In this document: one piece after another, positions 12,140-24,259 of the stretch
Numbering within the stretch: the first letter of the stretch is position 1
How the letters are laid out: every line of letters begins with the position of its first letter
Made by a program: the position numbers and the translations under genes
Notes under the pieces: model-generated
The model's database searches: none
The model's input: only the letters and a program-made list of their open reading frames with translations
Told to the model about the DNA's origin: nothing
Source: Octopus vulgaris
Taxonomy: Eukaryota
NCBI GenBank assembly: GCA_951406725.2
Contig: OX597818.1
Coordinates: forward strand, 133,982,001 to 134,046,000
DNA: 64,000 nt
Reading direction: 5' to 3'

Positions 12140-12790
12140 ATCATCATCGTTTAGCGTCCGCTTTCCATGCTAGCATGGGTTGGACGGTTCAACTGGGGTC
12201 TGTGGAGCCGGAAGGCTTCATCAGGCCCAGTCAGATCTGGCAGTGTTTCTAGGCTGGATGCCCTTCCTAACGTCAACCACTCCGTGAGTGTAGTGGGTGC
12301 TTTTTACATGCCACCCGCACAGGTGCCAGACAGAGCTGGCAAACGGCCACGAGCGGATGGTGCTTTTACGTGCCACCGGCACGGGGGCCAGGCGAGACTG
12401 GCAACGGACACGAGCGGATGGTGCTTTTACGTGCCACCGGCACGGGGGCCAGGCGAGGCTGGCAACGGACACGAGCGGATGGTGCTTTTACGTGCCACCG
12501 GCAAGGGGGCCAGGCGAGGCTGGCAACGGACACGAGCGGATGGTGCTTTCACGTGCCACCGGCACGGGGCCAGGCGAGGCTGGCAACGAACACGAACGGA
12601 TGGTGCTTTTACGTGCCACCGGCAAGGGGGCCAGGCGAGGCTGGCAACGGACACGAGCGGATGGTGCTTTTACGTGCCACCGGCACGGGGGCCAGGCAAC
12701 GGACACGAACGGATGGTGCTTTTACGTGCCACCGGCACGGAGGCCAGACGGGGCGGCGCCGGCAACGACCATGATCGGATGGTTCGCTTA
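12140..12790 (-). mobile_element. retroposon family D with internal GC-rich minisatellite
   Basis: Same tail as 2090-2390 followed by a tandem array. Confidence 0.8.
12335..12785. repeat. ~59-bp GC-rich minisatellite, about 7-8 units
   Basis: Unit GGCAACGGACACGAGCGGATGGTGCTTTTACGTGCCACCGGCACGGGGGCCAGGCGAGGCT. Confidence 0.95.
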
Positions 12791-12949
12791 ACCACAGCTG
12801 CAATTCCCACTGATGTTGATCGACCTCAATTTTGGTTCTGCTTTCTGATATCCGGGTAAATTTATTTCTTTGCTCATCTCTCGAATTTTGCCGACCTGTC
12901 GTGACTGCAGTGAAATGGTGGCTTACTAGAGTATTTTCGGACTCTTATT

Positions 12950-13768
12950 GGATCTTTTCCTTTTGAACGGCACTTTTCAACACAATTTCTAGTTATCTAA
13001 ACACTTTTAAACTTCGTATACTGGTAGAATGTGTTTATAAAACATCATTTTTTCTTGGCTTTATTGAGAAAATTCTATATATTGTAACATATTTCGTCTT
13101 TAATTTCGAGTATTTCGGCAATTTTAACCAATCGCTGACCTCCATTTAGGTAAAAAAACATTCTGTGCTGTATGAATATGTCCCTCGTTTAAGAAACAGA
13201 TTGGGTTTATTTACATTTGGGAAGAAAAAAGATACCCTTCCCCTAACCTTAACCCTAACCCTAACTCTAACCCTAAATGTAAAATAGATTGAAATGCAAT
13301 AGATCGATACTAGGGCCATAATTATGGGTGACATTTTCATTTGACACCGCTAGAAAAAAATCCCATTTTCCGTAGCGGTGTCGTATGAAATTGTCACCCT
13401 AGTATCGATCTATAACCCTAGTATCGATCTATTGCATTTCAATCTATTTTAGATTTAGGGTGAAGGTTAGGGGTGGGGGAAGGGTATCTTTTTTCTTCAC
13501 AAATGTAAATAAACCCAATCTGTTTCTTAAAGGAGGAGCATATTCATACAGCACGGAATGTTGTTTACCTAAATGGAGGTCAGCGATTGGTTAAAATTGC
13601 CGAAATGCTCGAAATTAAAGACGAAATATGTTACAACCTATAGAATTTTCTCAATAAAGCCAAGAAAAATTGATGTTCTATAAATACATTCTACCAGTAT
13701 ACGAAGTTTAAAAGTGTTTAGTTAACTAGAAATTATGTTACAAAGTGCCGTTCAAAAGGAAAAGATCC
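12950..13768. mobile_element. fold-back MITE (GGATC termini, 8-bp TSD) with telomere-like repeats
   Basis: ~400-bp inverted arms; TSD CTCTTATT at 12942-12949 and 13769-13776; CCCTAA-like tract at 13240-13276. Confidence 0.92.
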
Positions 13769-14227
13769 CTCTTATTTACTGCAACACTAGTGCCTCGTGT
13801 ACCCTCAATTATAATTATTAATTAATTATAAAATTTATATATATGCATGTGTGTGCATAAATATGTTCGCATACACACACACACACACACACATTCATTC
13901 TTCTGATAACACTATATCTATGAATATACGTCGTGTTGGGCACATTATGTATTCTCCAACTGCAGTTCGATACTAAACAGTCTACACAGCTAATTACACA
14001 TAAGCGCTTAACATATACAGATTAAATCAACATACGCGTACACCAGTGTAAGAGCCGGAGAAAAAGACATGAGACAGAGAGAAACGCAGTCAAGCGTTTG
14101 AGGGAAGTTCACTATCAAACGCTGTTCGATAACCTCAATAGTCAATATGAACACAGAGTATGGAAACTCCTACTAACCTTAACAAATATACATTAGCAGA
14201 GATCACTCACATGCATGTATTCATACA

Positions 14228-14595
14228 CTAGCACTATGACCCGGCAATGCTGGGTCATAGTGTTAGTGTATGCATATACAGCTGCGTGCATGCGCACATA
14301 CAAGCAAGTACTGTCCAAATCTCCGACCAATCACATACAACCAACTGGCATTCAATTGGCGTATCAAGTTTCGGGCATTCTGATTGGGTTTTGAATAGAA
14401 AATTCATAAAAAAGTCATTTCTATTGATTTTTTAATGGCTTTGCGGAGTGACTGGGGAAATGTAAAGATGTGCACGACCATCCTTAGACGGTTTTGAATG
14501 ACCATAGAAAGTGCGAGCCCTCTAACTGAAAAATTGTGGATTTGTATAAAGGACACACACACAGACAGACATTTTGCCGTTTATATATATAGAGA
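14228..14595 (-). mobile_element. non-autonomous Helitron-like element
   Basis: On the minus strand starts TCTCTATATAT... and ends with a GC hairpin + CTAG; organisation as 51154-51571. Confidence 0.7.
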
Positions 14596-14649
14596 TATTC
14601 TCTCTTTCTCTGTGTATATATCTTTCACATCTACACATATCTATATCTG

Positions 14650-14860
14650 ACAGGTTTATGGTCGAGTCTGTGGCAGTGAATACCGAGGTTCTCAGCCCCC
14701 GGACCATATCCCTGCTCACTGCTATCGGGTTGGAGATGGCTATTCGCAAGTGCGAGCCCCGGGAGTCAGATTGACTGTTCCAGCACATCTCCCAAGCCAT
14801 ACTCCAGGGCAACGCCTTTTCCATTTTGTCTGCTGGGATCACGAGGCGGTCTGAATTACA
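14650..14860 (+). pseudogene. 3' fragment of an RLE-type non-LTR retrotransposon (CRE/HERO-like)
   Basis: Reads ...VAVNTEVLSPRTISLLTAIG...EPRESD*LFQHISQAILQGNAFSIL, resembling the LFQRISxAIQRGNA C-terminal motif. Confidence 0.6.
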
Positions 14861-14939
14861 GGAAATTGTACGTTCCACTTCTTAATGTAAAAATTTCGTC
14901 GCAGAATAACACATACATATGTACAAGAAATACTAATAA

Positions 14940-15117
14940 TGGTTTCAAATTATGGTACCAGGCCAGCCTTTTCGGGGGGAGGGTGTAAAACAATTACATC
15001 GACTCCGAAAGGATAAAAGGCAAAGTGAACCCTTTGAATTTGAACTCAGAACATAAAGACGAATGAAATGCAGCTAAGCATTTTGTCCGGCGTGCTAACG
15101 ATTCAGCCAGCTCGCCA
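14940..15117 (-). mobile_element. SINE family B variant
   Basis: B head and core with the alternative tail. Confidence 0.7.
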
Positions 15118-15679
15118 ATAATAATAATAATAAATGCCATGATGCAGTACCAGGCACGGACTCTCACGGCTTCTCATCTTAACTGATTTGAAGTGTTATC
15201 ATGTACATCGTTTTGTCTTGGTATAAAAGATGGGCTACAACAACAAATATTCTGCTCAATACCACAGATTTGCTTGTCAGTTGTTTGACCCTAACCAATT
15301 GAACATGTCCCTTAGGGGCTGACGATATGTGCATCTCAGATCACAAACAGAAGTAGTGGGGGGGTATCATAGCCATGTACTGAGAGGAATTCTTTGGAGT
15401 TTGAATAATTCACCTATGGACACATGGGTGTCACGAAACAGCTGTAAGCCTATAGTAAATAACTGTAATATAGCCCATAATTTCTATTTTATATACATAT
15501 TTCTGTATATTTCGTGTGTGTGTGTGTAAAATTACTAAACTAATTTTGAATTAGAGCTTTGACAACAATGTCTATAAGGAAAAAAAACGAATGGAAGAAT
15601 TTTGAATGTCATACAAAACAGATATACATATGTTATACACAAGCTATCACAAGCGGTGTGGCGGAGACAAAGACACGCA

Positions 15680-15830
15680 TACATATACATACGACGGGCT
15701 TCCACACAGTTTCTGTTTACTAAATTCACTCACACGGTATTGGTTGGCCCAGGGTTATATATTAAAAGACCCTTGCCCAAACTGCCGATCAGTGGGACTG
15801 AACCCGATGCTACGGGTTTGCTAAGCGAGT
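15680..15830 (-). mobile_element. SINE family C fragment, diverged
   Basis: ...AAGACCCTTGCCCAA...CAGTGGGACTGAACCCG. Confidence 0.6.
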
Positions 15831-15924
15831 TTCAAATGTTTGGCATTATACATTATCATAGTCGTCGTCGTCGTCATCGTTCCCGTTGTCACCGTTTCGT
15901 CAGTCATCCTTGTCGCTGTGGTCG

Positions 15925-16476
<552 letters not shown>

Positions 16477-16939
16477 TTTCATTGCCATCATGATCGTCAG
16501 CAGCAGCAGCAGCTGCAGCTCTACACCCCGTCTACTCGCAATACCAGAGGGCGCACACTCTCCTACCCTGATGTAATCTCCAGGGATACAGGCATCCAGC
16601 AACAGGACCTTTACCACACAAACGAAACTTTACCTTAATTTTTTTTTTACTAAAGAGATCCACAAAATGACGAGCGTCCCGCATCTCAAAATGTTTGCCT
16701 ACGCCTGATCTTCTCTAATGAATGAGAATTTCTGTGCGTGTGTCTATATAACTTCCTGGTTTATATCCTCAGCTCCCTGGAGGTCTTCCCTCACATATGG
16801 CAATATTTGAAATCAGGGTAACCCCGGGAATGTTCATATGCTGAGTCTGCCGGCACAAATTCGGGCCACCCTATAACACTTTTAATTCTTACGACCAGTA
16901 AAATACGAAAAGGGTTTTTTCCTCAACCAACTTAATATA

Positions 16940-17170
16940 TATTTCTTTACTATCCACAAGGGGCTAAACACAGAGGAGACAAACAAGGACAGACAAACGG
17001 TTTAGGTCGATTACATCAACCCCAGTGCGTAACTGGTACTTAATTTATCGACCCCGAAAGGATGAAAGGCAAAGTCGACCTCGGCGGAATTTGAACTCAG
17101 AACGTAGCGGCAGACAAAATACGGCTACGCATTTCGCCCGGCGTGCTAACGATTCTGCCAGCTCGCCGCT
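16940..17170 (-). mobile_element. SINE family B, full length
   Basis: Reverse complement of 45793-46027; CTTAATATATA on both sides as probable TSD. Confidence 0.92.
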
Positions 17171-17432
17171 TAATATATACACACACACAAACAGTTTTTA
17201 TAAGTCAAATTAGCATTCACAAAGAAATAATATTTGCTTTCATTAAAACTACATTAGAAATGTTAGCAAAACAAGATTGAAAATTAGGAGAAACGGTATA
17301 ATGGTTGCGGGGCGTGGGAATCAAAAGCTGGAATACCAAAAATCAGTGGAGATCCCATAAAGTTTTGACTCAGCACGTTCGGATGAAGTTTTACACTGGA
17401 CAAATCGCTAAGAATCAGCGGTACTAAAACTA

Positions 17433-18032
17433 AGGCGGCGAACTGGCAGAAACGTTAGCACGTCGGGCGAAATGCTTAGCGGTATTTCGGCTGCCGTTAC
17501 GTTGTGAGTTCAAATTCCGCCGAGGTCGACTTTGCCTTTCATCCTTTCGGGGTCGATAAATTAAGTACCAGTTACGCACTGGGGTCGATGTAATCGACTT
17601 AATACCTATGTCTGTCCATGTTTGTCCCCTCTATGTTTAGCCCCTTGTGGGTAATAAAGAAATAGGTATTTCGGCTGCCGTTACGTTGTGAGTTCAAATT
17701 CCGCCGAGGTCGACTTTGCCTTTCATCCTTTCGGGGTCGATAAATTAAGTACCAGTTACGCACTGGGGTCGATGTAATCGACTTAATACCTATGTCTGTC
17801 CATGTTTGTCCCCTCTATGTTTAGCCCCTTGTGGGTAATAAAGAAATAGGTATTTCGGCTGCCGTTACGTTGTGAGTTCAAATTCCGCCGAGGTCGCCTT
17901 TGCCTTTCATCCTTTCGGGGTCGATAAATTAAGTACCAGTTACGCACTGGGGTCGATGTAATCGACTTAATCCCTTTGTCTGTCCTTGTTTGTCCCCTCT
18001 GTGTTTAGCCCCTTGTGGGTAATAAAGAAATA
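17433..18032 (+). mobile_element. SINE family B, one head plus three tandem 184-bp bodies
   Basis: Units start GGTATTTCGGCTG at 17481, 17665, 17849; flanked by GGTACT(A/G)AAACT. Confidence 0.92.
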
Positions 18033-18315
18033 GGTACTGAAACTCCAGAATATCAGATCAAGTTTTTGCTCAATAAATGTTCGCAAGGTGAATTTTAGTT
18101 ATGCAAATGAAGAGTTATTGATGTTACCTTATGCATTCATTTTTATAGGTGCTTCAATTGTATGTCCTTACTTTCAAACCGAAGCTTCAACGGTCTTCCG
18201 CAGGAGTTGTAATCAAAGTCCGTTTGGAGGGCGGCTAAAAAGAGGACTTCATACATACATACATACACACATACATACATACATACATACATACATACAT
18301 ACATACATACATACA

Positions 18316-18347
<32 letters not shown>

Positions 18348-18432
18348 CATTATTTCAATGAAGAATCCTTGAATCTAGGTTAGAAACCGGCTCTTTCTCT
18401 ATTGGCAAGAAATCTTAAATAAAACTGAATAA

Positions 18433-18499
<67 letters not shown>

Positions 18500-18559
18500 T
18501 ACATACATACATATACTTTATTAGCGACCCGTTTGAACTCTCCTAAGAAGAACCTCAAC

Positions 18560-19360
18560 AAAACTCAAAGAAAAATCATACATATATTCCAATAACTCGG
18601 TGCAAAAACAATCGGCTTAAATATTGTTCCCTTGAACAAGAAACGAAGTCATGCACCGTTATAGAGGTCTGCTGCCTATGGATATGGACACGTCATCAAA
18701 AAATCAAGGAAAAAAGAGAACAACCATGATGAACCAATGTGGAACATACAGCTCTTGTACTCTGGCAATACATTTTCATTTCTACCTATGAATATCGATG
18801 CGATATAGTGTATATTTAAACACACAAGGAATCCACTTGTAGAGAATTCAACACGCTAGAAAGAACAGCTAGGTTCTGTAAACCACAAAAATAACGGATA
18901 AAATTCGACAGGAATAAATTTGGAAATGAAAAACATTTACCATCTAGTACCCTGTTTCCAAATTTATTCCTGTTGAATTTTATCCGTTATTTTTGTGGTT
19001 TACAGACCCTAGCTGTTCTTTCTAGCGTGTTGAATTCCCTACAAGTGGATTCCTTATGTGTTTAAATATACACTAAATCGTATGACTAATATATATAGTC
19101 TTCTTGACTAATTTTTTCTTTTGCACGTTAGACCACTGGAAATGTAAATTTTGATTGAATGTTTTAATTTTAATTAAATTCCATTTCCCTTTGACATGAT
19201 ATGAATATCGATGTGTTAGACTATGGAACTACGGGTTTACACAAAAACTAGAAATGCAAGGATTTCCTAAGAAGCAACAAAAGAAACTGCTTCGCATCAT
19301 CGAAATCCAATCTATCAGCAGCACAGTAAAATTTTGTAAGTCATTCCAGAGATTCCCCAT
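18560..19360 (+). pseudogene. decayed RLE-type LINE 3' fragment interrupted by a fold-back insertion
   Basis: 19290-19350 resembles 28990-29060 (…CCAATC..TCA...GCAC.GTAAAA.TTTGTAA...TTCCAGA). Confidence 0.5.
18801..19199. mobile_element. insertion with 126-bp inverted repeat
   Basis: Arms 18801-18926 and 18955-19080, 28-nt spacer; direct repeat TATGAATATCGATG at 18787-18800 and 19200-19213. Confidence 0.8.
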
Positions 19361-19644
19361 TTGAGATTCTTTAAATAAATATATGCACATACGTGGTTGT
19401 GTGCATCTATAAAGACACATGTAAAAGTATTCATACATACACACACAAATATCTAAGTACTAAAGAGACATGTTCACACAGAACGTAAGTACAGTTGCAT
19501 ACACCTACATATGCACACATTAACTCAATCACATGTTTACAAAGCCAGGAACTCAAAAAGCCTTGTCGCTTTGTTAGCGAACGGCTTGGACTCCTTTAAG
19601 AAATACTTGAATAAATCTTAAAAGGTATCATACATACATACATG

Positions 19645-20964
19645 CGAGGTGGTTTCAATAAGTCCCAGGACTAGTTATATTTATTTTTTTTTTTAAATAA
19701 CTTATTTGCCTACGTTTCAACAACATCTCCTTCGAAATAGTCACCTTGTGCAGCAATACACCGGTCCCAACGTTCCTACCACCTTTGGAATCCGACCTGG
19801 GAGTCCCTTTCCGTAAGCGAGTCAATGACCTGCGATTCGCTCTTGATATCTCGACGGTGGTGTTGAAACGGATATCTTTGAGGTGCATTTTCATGTTGGG
19901 GGAAGAGATGGAAATCTGCAGGTGCTAAATCTGTCGAATAGGGTGGGTTCGGAAACGATACCATATCGTTTTTTGGCGAGAAACTCATGAGTGAAGAGAA
20001 CTCGGTGACAGGGTGCATTGTCATCGTGAAAGAATCCAATCGTTCGCATGCCACAGATGTCCTCTCTCAGACGCTTCAAAACGTTGTTGATTGTCCTCTG
20101 ACGATCGTCATGCAGAAGCTGGTCAATTTTCTCAACATTTCCGGAGGTGACGCTCGTGGCAGGTCGTCTAGATCGCTCATCGTCTTCCGGGGAGACGTTC
20201 TTCCGCTTTTGAAGCACCTGTGTCACTCGAAACTTTGCGTGCGACCCATCGCCTCGTTGTCGTAAGCTTGCCGAAGCATGCTCAATGTCCCAGTTTAACA
20301 CAAAATTTCACGTTGGTATTTGTTCCGACTTCTTGTCCACGAGAAAAATGGCAGACAGCATAAACGGGATCACAAAAACGCCAAATTTCACAATTTGCGA
20401 AGTAAACACAGCGATATCAATCGGTACACTGCCTCATGAAGGTCACTGCTAGCTCTCACAGCGCTTGCAACTGTAAGCTGCCATTCGTTGGCGCACTACA
20501 GAACTAGTCTGGGAATTTTTTGATATCACATCTGTAGTGATGCTACTGTGTAGGGTTCGGCGCGCATGCGCAGAATGGGAGTACTTCCGGGTGGCCACCG
20601 GAAGTCTTCCCCATGCGCATGTGCGGGAAAACGTTCCCTCGAGCCCGCGAAGCTCAAATCTCTCTCTTCGGCTAAGACAACATTGCGATCGGTCGCGAAT
20701 TCCAGGCTCTGACAGCCACTCGTGCTACGACATAGCGCCAATGACCATCAACCAACTTCAACAACTAACACGAAGCTGTATATCAGAGGCTGTCTTTCTC
20801 CCACCAGACACACGTACGACATCGCAATCAATAAACCAGAACTACAAGTCTTTTCACCTCTTAACCCGACTTCGTCTGTATTGTTTTCTAAGATTTTATA
20901 TGTGACTAGATCGGATATCGACACCCTTTCAGTGCTTCGATAACAGATCCTTCGTTACACATCG
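19645..20964 (-). mobile_element. mariner transposon relic (solo LTR inserted in one TIR)
   Basis: Frameshifted ORFs with HDDNAPCH and PPYSTDLAPADFHLFP (mariner HDNA and YSPDLAP motifs); TIR CGAGGTGGTTTCAATAA vs TTTTTGATATCACATC[LTR]G-TA. Confidence 0.88.
20533..20959 (+). mobile_element. solo LTR (427 bp)
   Basis: TGTAGTGAT...CGTTACA termini as in the 24271 element; 4-bp TSD CATC at 20529-20532 and 20960-20963; AATAAA near 20830. Confidence 0.85.
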
Positions 20965-20974
20965 TACATACATA

Positions 20975-21153
20975 GGATGTTTTCTAAAAGAAGGCCATAT
21001 TTTTCTAGTTAACTAAATAATTTGAAACTTCGTATACTGGTAGAATGTGTCGAAAATGTGGCCTTCTTTTAGAAAAGATCCCATCTACCAGTATACGAAG
21101 TTTCAAATTGTTTAGTTAACTAGGAAAATCTGGCCTTCTTTTAGAAAAGATCC
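20975..21153. mobile_element. rearranged short MITE related to the GGATC family
   Basis: TIR GGAT(G/C)TTTTCTAAAAGAAGGCC; shares AAACTTCGTATACTGGTAGAATGTGT with the 12950 element; right end present twice. Confidence 0.7.
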
Positions 21154-21570
21154 CATGTTTATAATTAGTCGACGCCGTGCCAACCACTGAAGAATGTTGT
21201 CTCCAGCTTTATCTAATTGAGTGATAGTCTACGATTCCTCTAGGATTGATTCGCCCCATTGCTTCTTTTTTACTACTTATCTCCCCCTTAATTTTTGTTT
21301 ACTTTCTTTAACCAAACTGAACAATTACTACACACACACATGCTATACACACACACACAATGTATAGAAGTGCATATATGCGTGTGTATGACTATGTGCA
21401 CATAAGTGCGCGTTTCCTATCTATATGTTTGTTCATGTGTTTGATGGGAGTAAGCAAACTCATTCAAAGTATACGTCACTTTAAAATGTCTCTCGACAGT
21501 TCTCAATGAGAAAACTGCCGGCTATTTAGTCTGAAGCATGTAAACCTTTAATGAAACTAGCAACTTATTT

Positions 21571-21601
<31 letters not shown>

Positions 21602-22314
21602 TCGCATATTTTTTTTTACATAAGTTTTTTCTTCCCAGCTTACAGTTTAAACTGAGTCGACTTTTGACTAATTACTACCACATAATGTCGCCATGAGTGA
21701 ATTGGACAACTGAAGTTGTAACATTATAAGTAAAATTACATAGACAATAAATGAAGCAAGCGAAGGTAATATATGTAATATATGTCAGGTGAGAAAGGTG
21801 AACCTAATAGATGTTTCCTTCGAAATAATGTTTGTTGCTTAATATAAGCAGCTAATGTCAGAAGCTAAGATTTTGCACAGGTAAAAAGCTATGTTAGGTG
21901 ACAATGCTATTGTTGAGTTGGTTTATTTTTAATCATTGTCCATAGTGTGGTTGTTACTCAATAGGGTTGCTTCCCAGCAATTGTTCTTGCCATGAGAGAA
22001 AAATAAAGAGACTCTCTCTCTCAGTAGCTTCCTTTCTCTTTCTCACTCTTTCTCTCTCTCTGTCTCACTTCACACCTTCCCGTCTTCTCTCCCTCTTCTC
22101 TCTCTCTTTCTCTCTCACACACGCACGCACGCACGCACGCACATGCTTAAGTACAAAGCAGTAACCAACACACTCATAAGAACACCTACTCTCATACACT
22201 GTCACCTGCACGTTTCCGCGGCCACTTTTCCACAGACAGCGATTTATACATACAGACACAGATACATACATACATACATACATACATACATACATACATA
22301 CATACATACATACA

Positions 22315-22345
<31 letters not shown>

Positions 22346-22794
22346 TAACATAAAACTTACTTGGGAAAAGATGCGTGGCGTTCGATCATATAATAACATA
22401 AATAATATATAAATATATGCATATATACATACATATATGTACATACCTACATCTCTATGTATATATACATGCATATATGGGTACAGGACATCACAAAAAC
22501 GTTGAACACAATGAGAAACGAAAACATAAAAACAAAAACATGGGAACGAACTTTTTTTCAAACAACGTAAAAACAGAGTACAAGACGTACAACACAAGGA
22601 ATATTCCCCTTCTTCAGATGTCCCTGTATCGTCTACACCGCGTTTCGAATGTAAGGACAAGATGCGACTTCGTTGAAACAATCTTTCCCGCAAAGCAAAT
22701 TAAATAAAATTTGGGATTTTTTGCGGAGGGTTAAAAAGTGGTACATACATACATACATGTCAGCATGGATGTATGTGTGTATAGATAAATAGGT

Positions 22795-23812
22795 ATGTTT
22801 CTTTATTAGCCACACAGGGCTGCACACAGACAGGACAGATTACAAAGTAGAGCTTTTCTTTTTTGGGGAAAGAAAAAAAAAGTTGGTGTAGGTTTTCGAT
22901 CAAAAGGGATCGTAAAAGGGAAAGAAGAAGAAGAAGAAAAAAGGGAAAAGAAACAAAAAAACGATCAATAGGGATCATGTATCACAGTGTCATGATGTAA
23001 GGTGTAAAGGGGGAAGCAGATAAGGTTTATCCGTGGAAAGAAAAGCCTACGGAAAAGACCGCGGTAACCTCGGTCAATATTGTTACATGTTACCACATTT
23101 ATTTGCAAGTAGGTAACCCTCTGTTTTAAATTTCCGGGTTCATAGGATTATACTCAAGGTGGCTTCGTCATTCATACGTGCCATCCTCGCTACATTCACA
23201 CATCTTTTTTTTAAACATTCGCTAGACAAAACTTGCCTCTCTACTCTCACTCTCCTTTTCAAGTGATGCTTGAAGAAGTTGATGAGAGATTGACCAGAAA
23301 GGAAAGTGTTTGTCTCCAATCCTTTCAGACGCGTACACCAGATACATTCTTTCGCCATAGCCACAAGGCTGATGAAAATAGCTCTTCCTTCTCGTTTGAA
23401 GGAAGGAGGCGTGACAATATTGACGATAGACTCGGCTGATAAACTGACTCGTCCCACACGTGACAGCAGTTGTTCGACATAAGCCCACGGGTCGGAAATT
23501 GCACGAGTGCCTGCAGAACGGTTTCGTCGCTCTGACCGCATCTCGGGCAGGTCGGCCCCGTGTTTCTTGAGCCGTGTCTGTAGAGCTTATCCCGAACGGG
23601 TAGCGCTTCTCGGTAGCACTGCCAGGCCAGGGATCTCTGGAAGTTGTCCATGGGCCCTGGCCCGAAAGTTGTCCTGAACAGGCGGGTCAGGTATTCCTCG
23701 TCGACGTCCAGGTTCGCCCCGAGCTCGTCGTCGTACCTCCCCTCCACTAATCCCATATAGAATGCTTGGGTTGTGTTGAAGTCACTCAAGGTCGGCCCGG
23801 GACGGGTAGACA
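22795..23812 (-). mobile_element. 5'-truncated Tx1/L1-clade LINE (ORF2 C-terminus + 3'UTR)
   Basis: AWQCYREALPVRDKLYRHG...CPRCGQSDETVLQAL (zf-RVT-like) and KECIWCTR motif, frameshifted; 3'UTR ends CTAATAAAGAAA. Confidence 0.85.
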
Positions 23813-24259
23813 ACTTGGAAGCATGCCATACAATAAAGTTTTGTGTTAAACTTGGTAAAAACGTTGCAGAAACTTGTGAAATGCTCAACACTACTGATGG
23901 GTTAACTTGTATGAGCTGAGCGTCTGTTTTCCGCTAGCACAAAAGACCAGGTAAAGCAAGTCCATCAGGAAGTTCATGATGATCCCCATTTTTAACAAGG
24001 GCATCATCTACATCCACTGAATTCCCCCTGGCCAGACGGTTAACGAAGATACTTTGTGTAAATTTCGATGGAGTTTAGGGAGTAGATTTTGTCACCAAAG
24101 GCCAAAGTCCTTCCATTCTGGTCGGTGGCTCCTGCACCAGGAAAGTGCACCACTCAACAATTCCATTCTCGTAACCAACTACTTGACAGAAATGGGCATC
24201 AAAACTAGCCCCCACCCTTCCTATAGTCCAGACCTTGCACCTTGTAACTTGGTTGCGCC

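Noticed and set aside
12167-12859. 230-aa repetitive ORF or CRISPR-like array
   Set aside because: A 59-bp minisatellite with near-identical units and no unique spacers; eukaryotic context, no cas genes
18355-18400. Hammerhead-like ATGAAGA...GAAACCGG
   Set aside because: Core is mutated and no stem I pairing was found; similar partial motifs near 22610, 27870 and 58530 were also dropped
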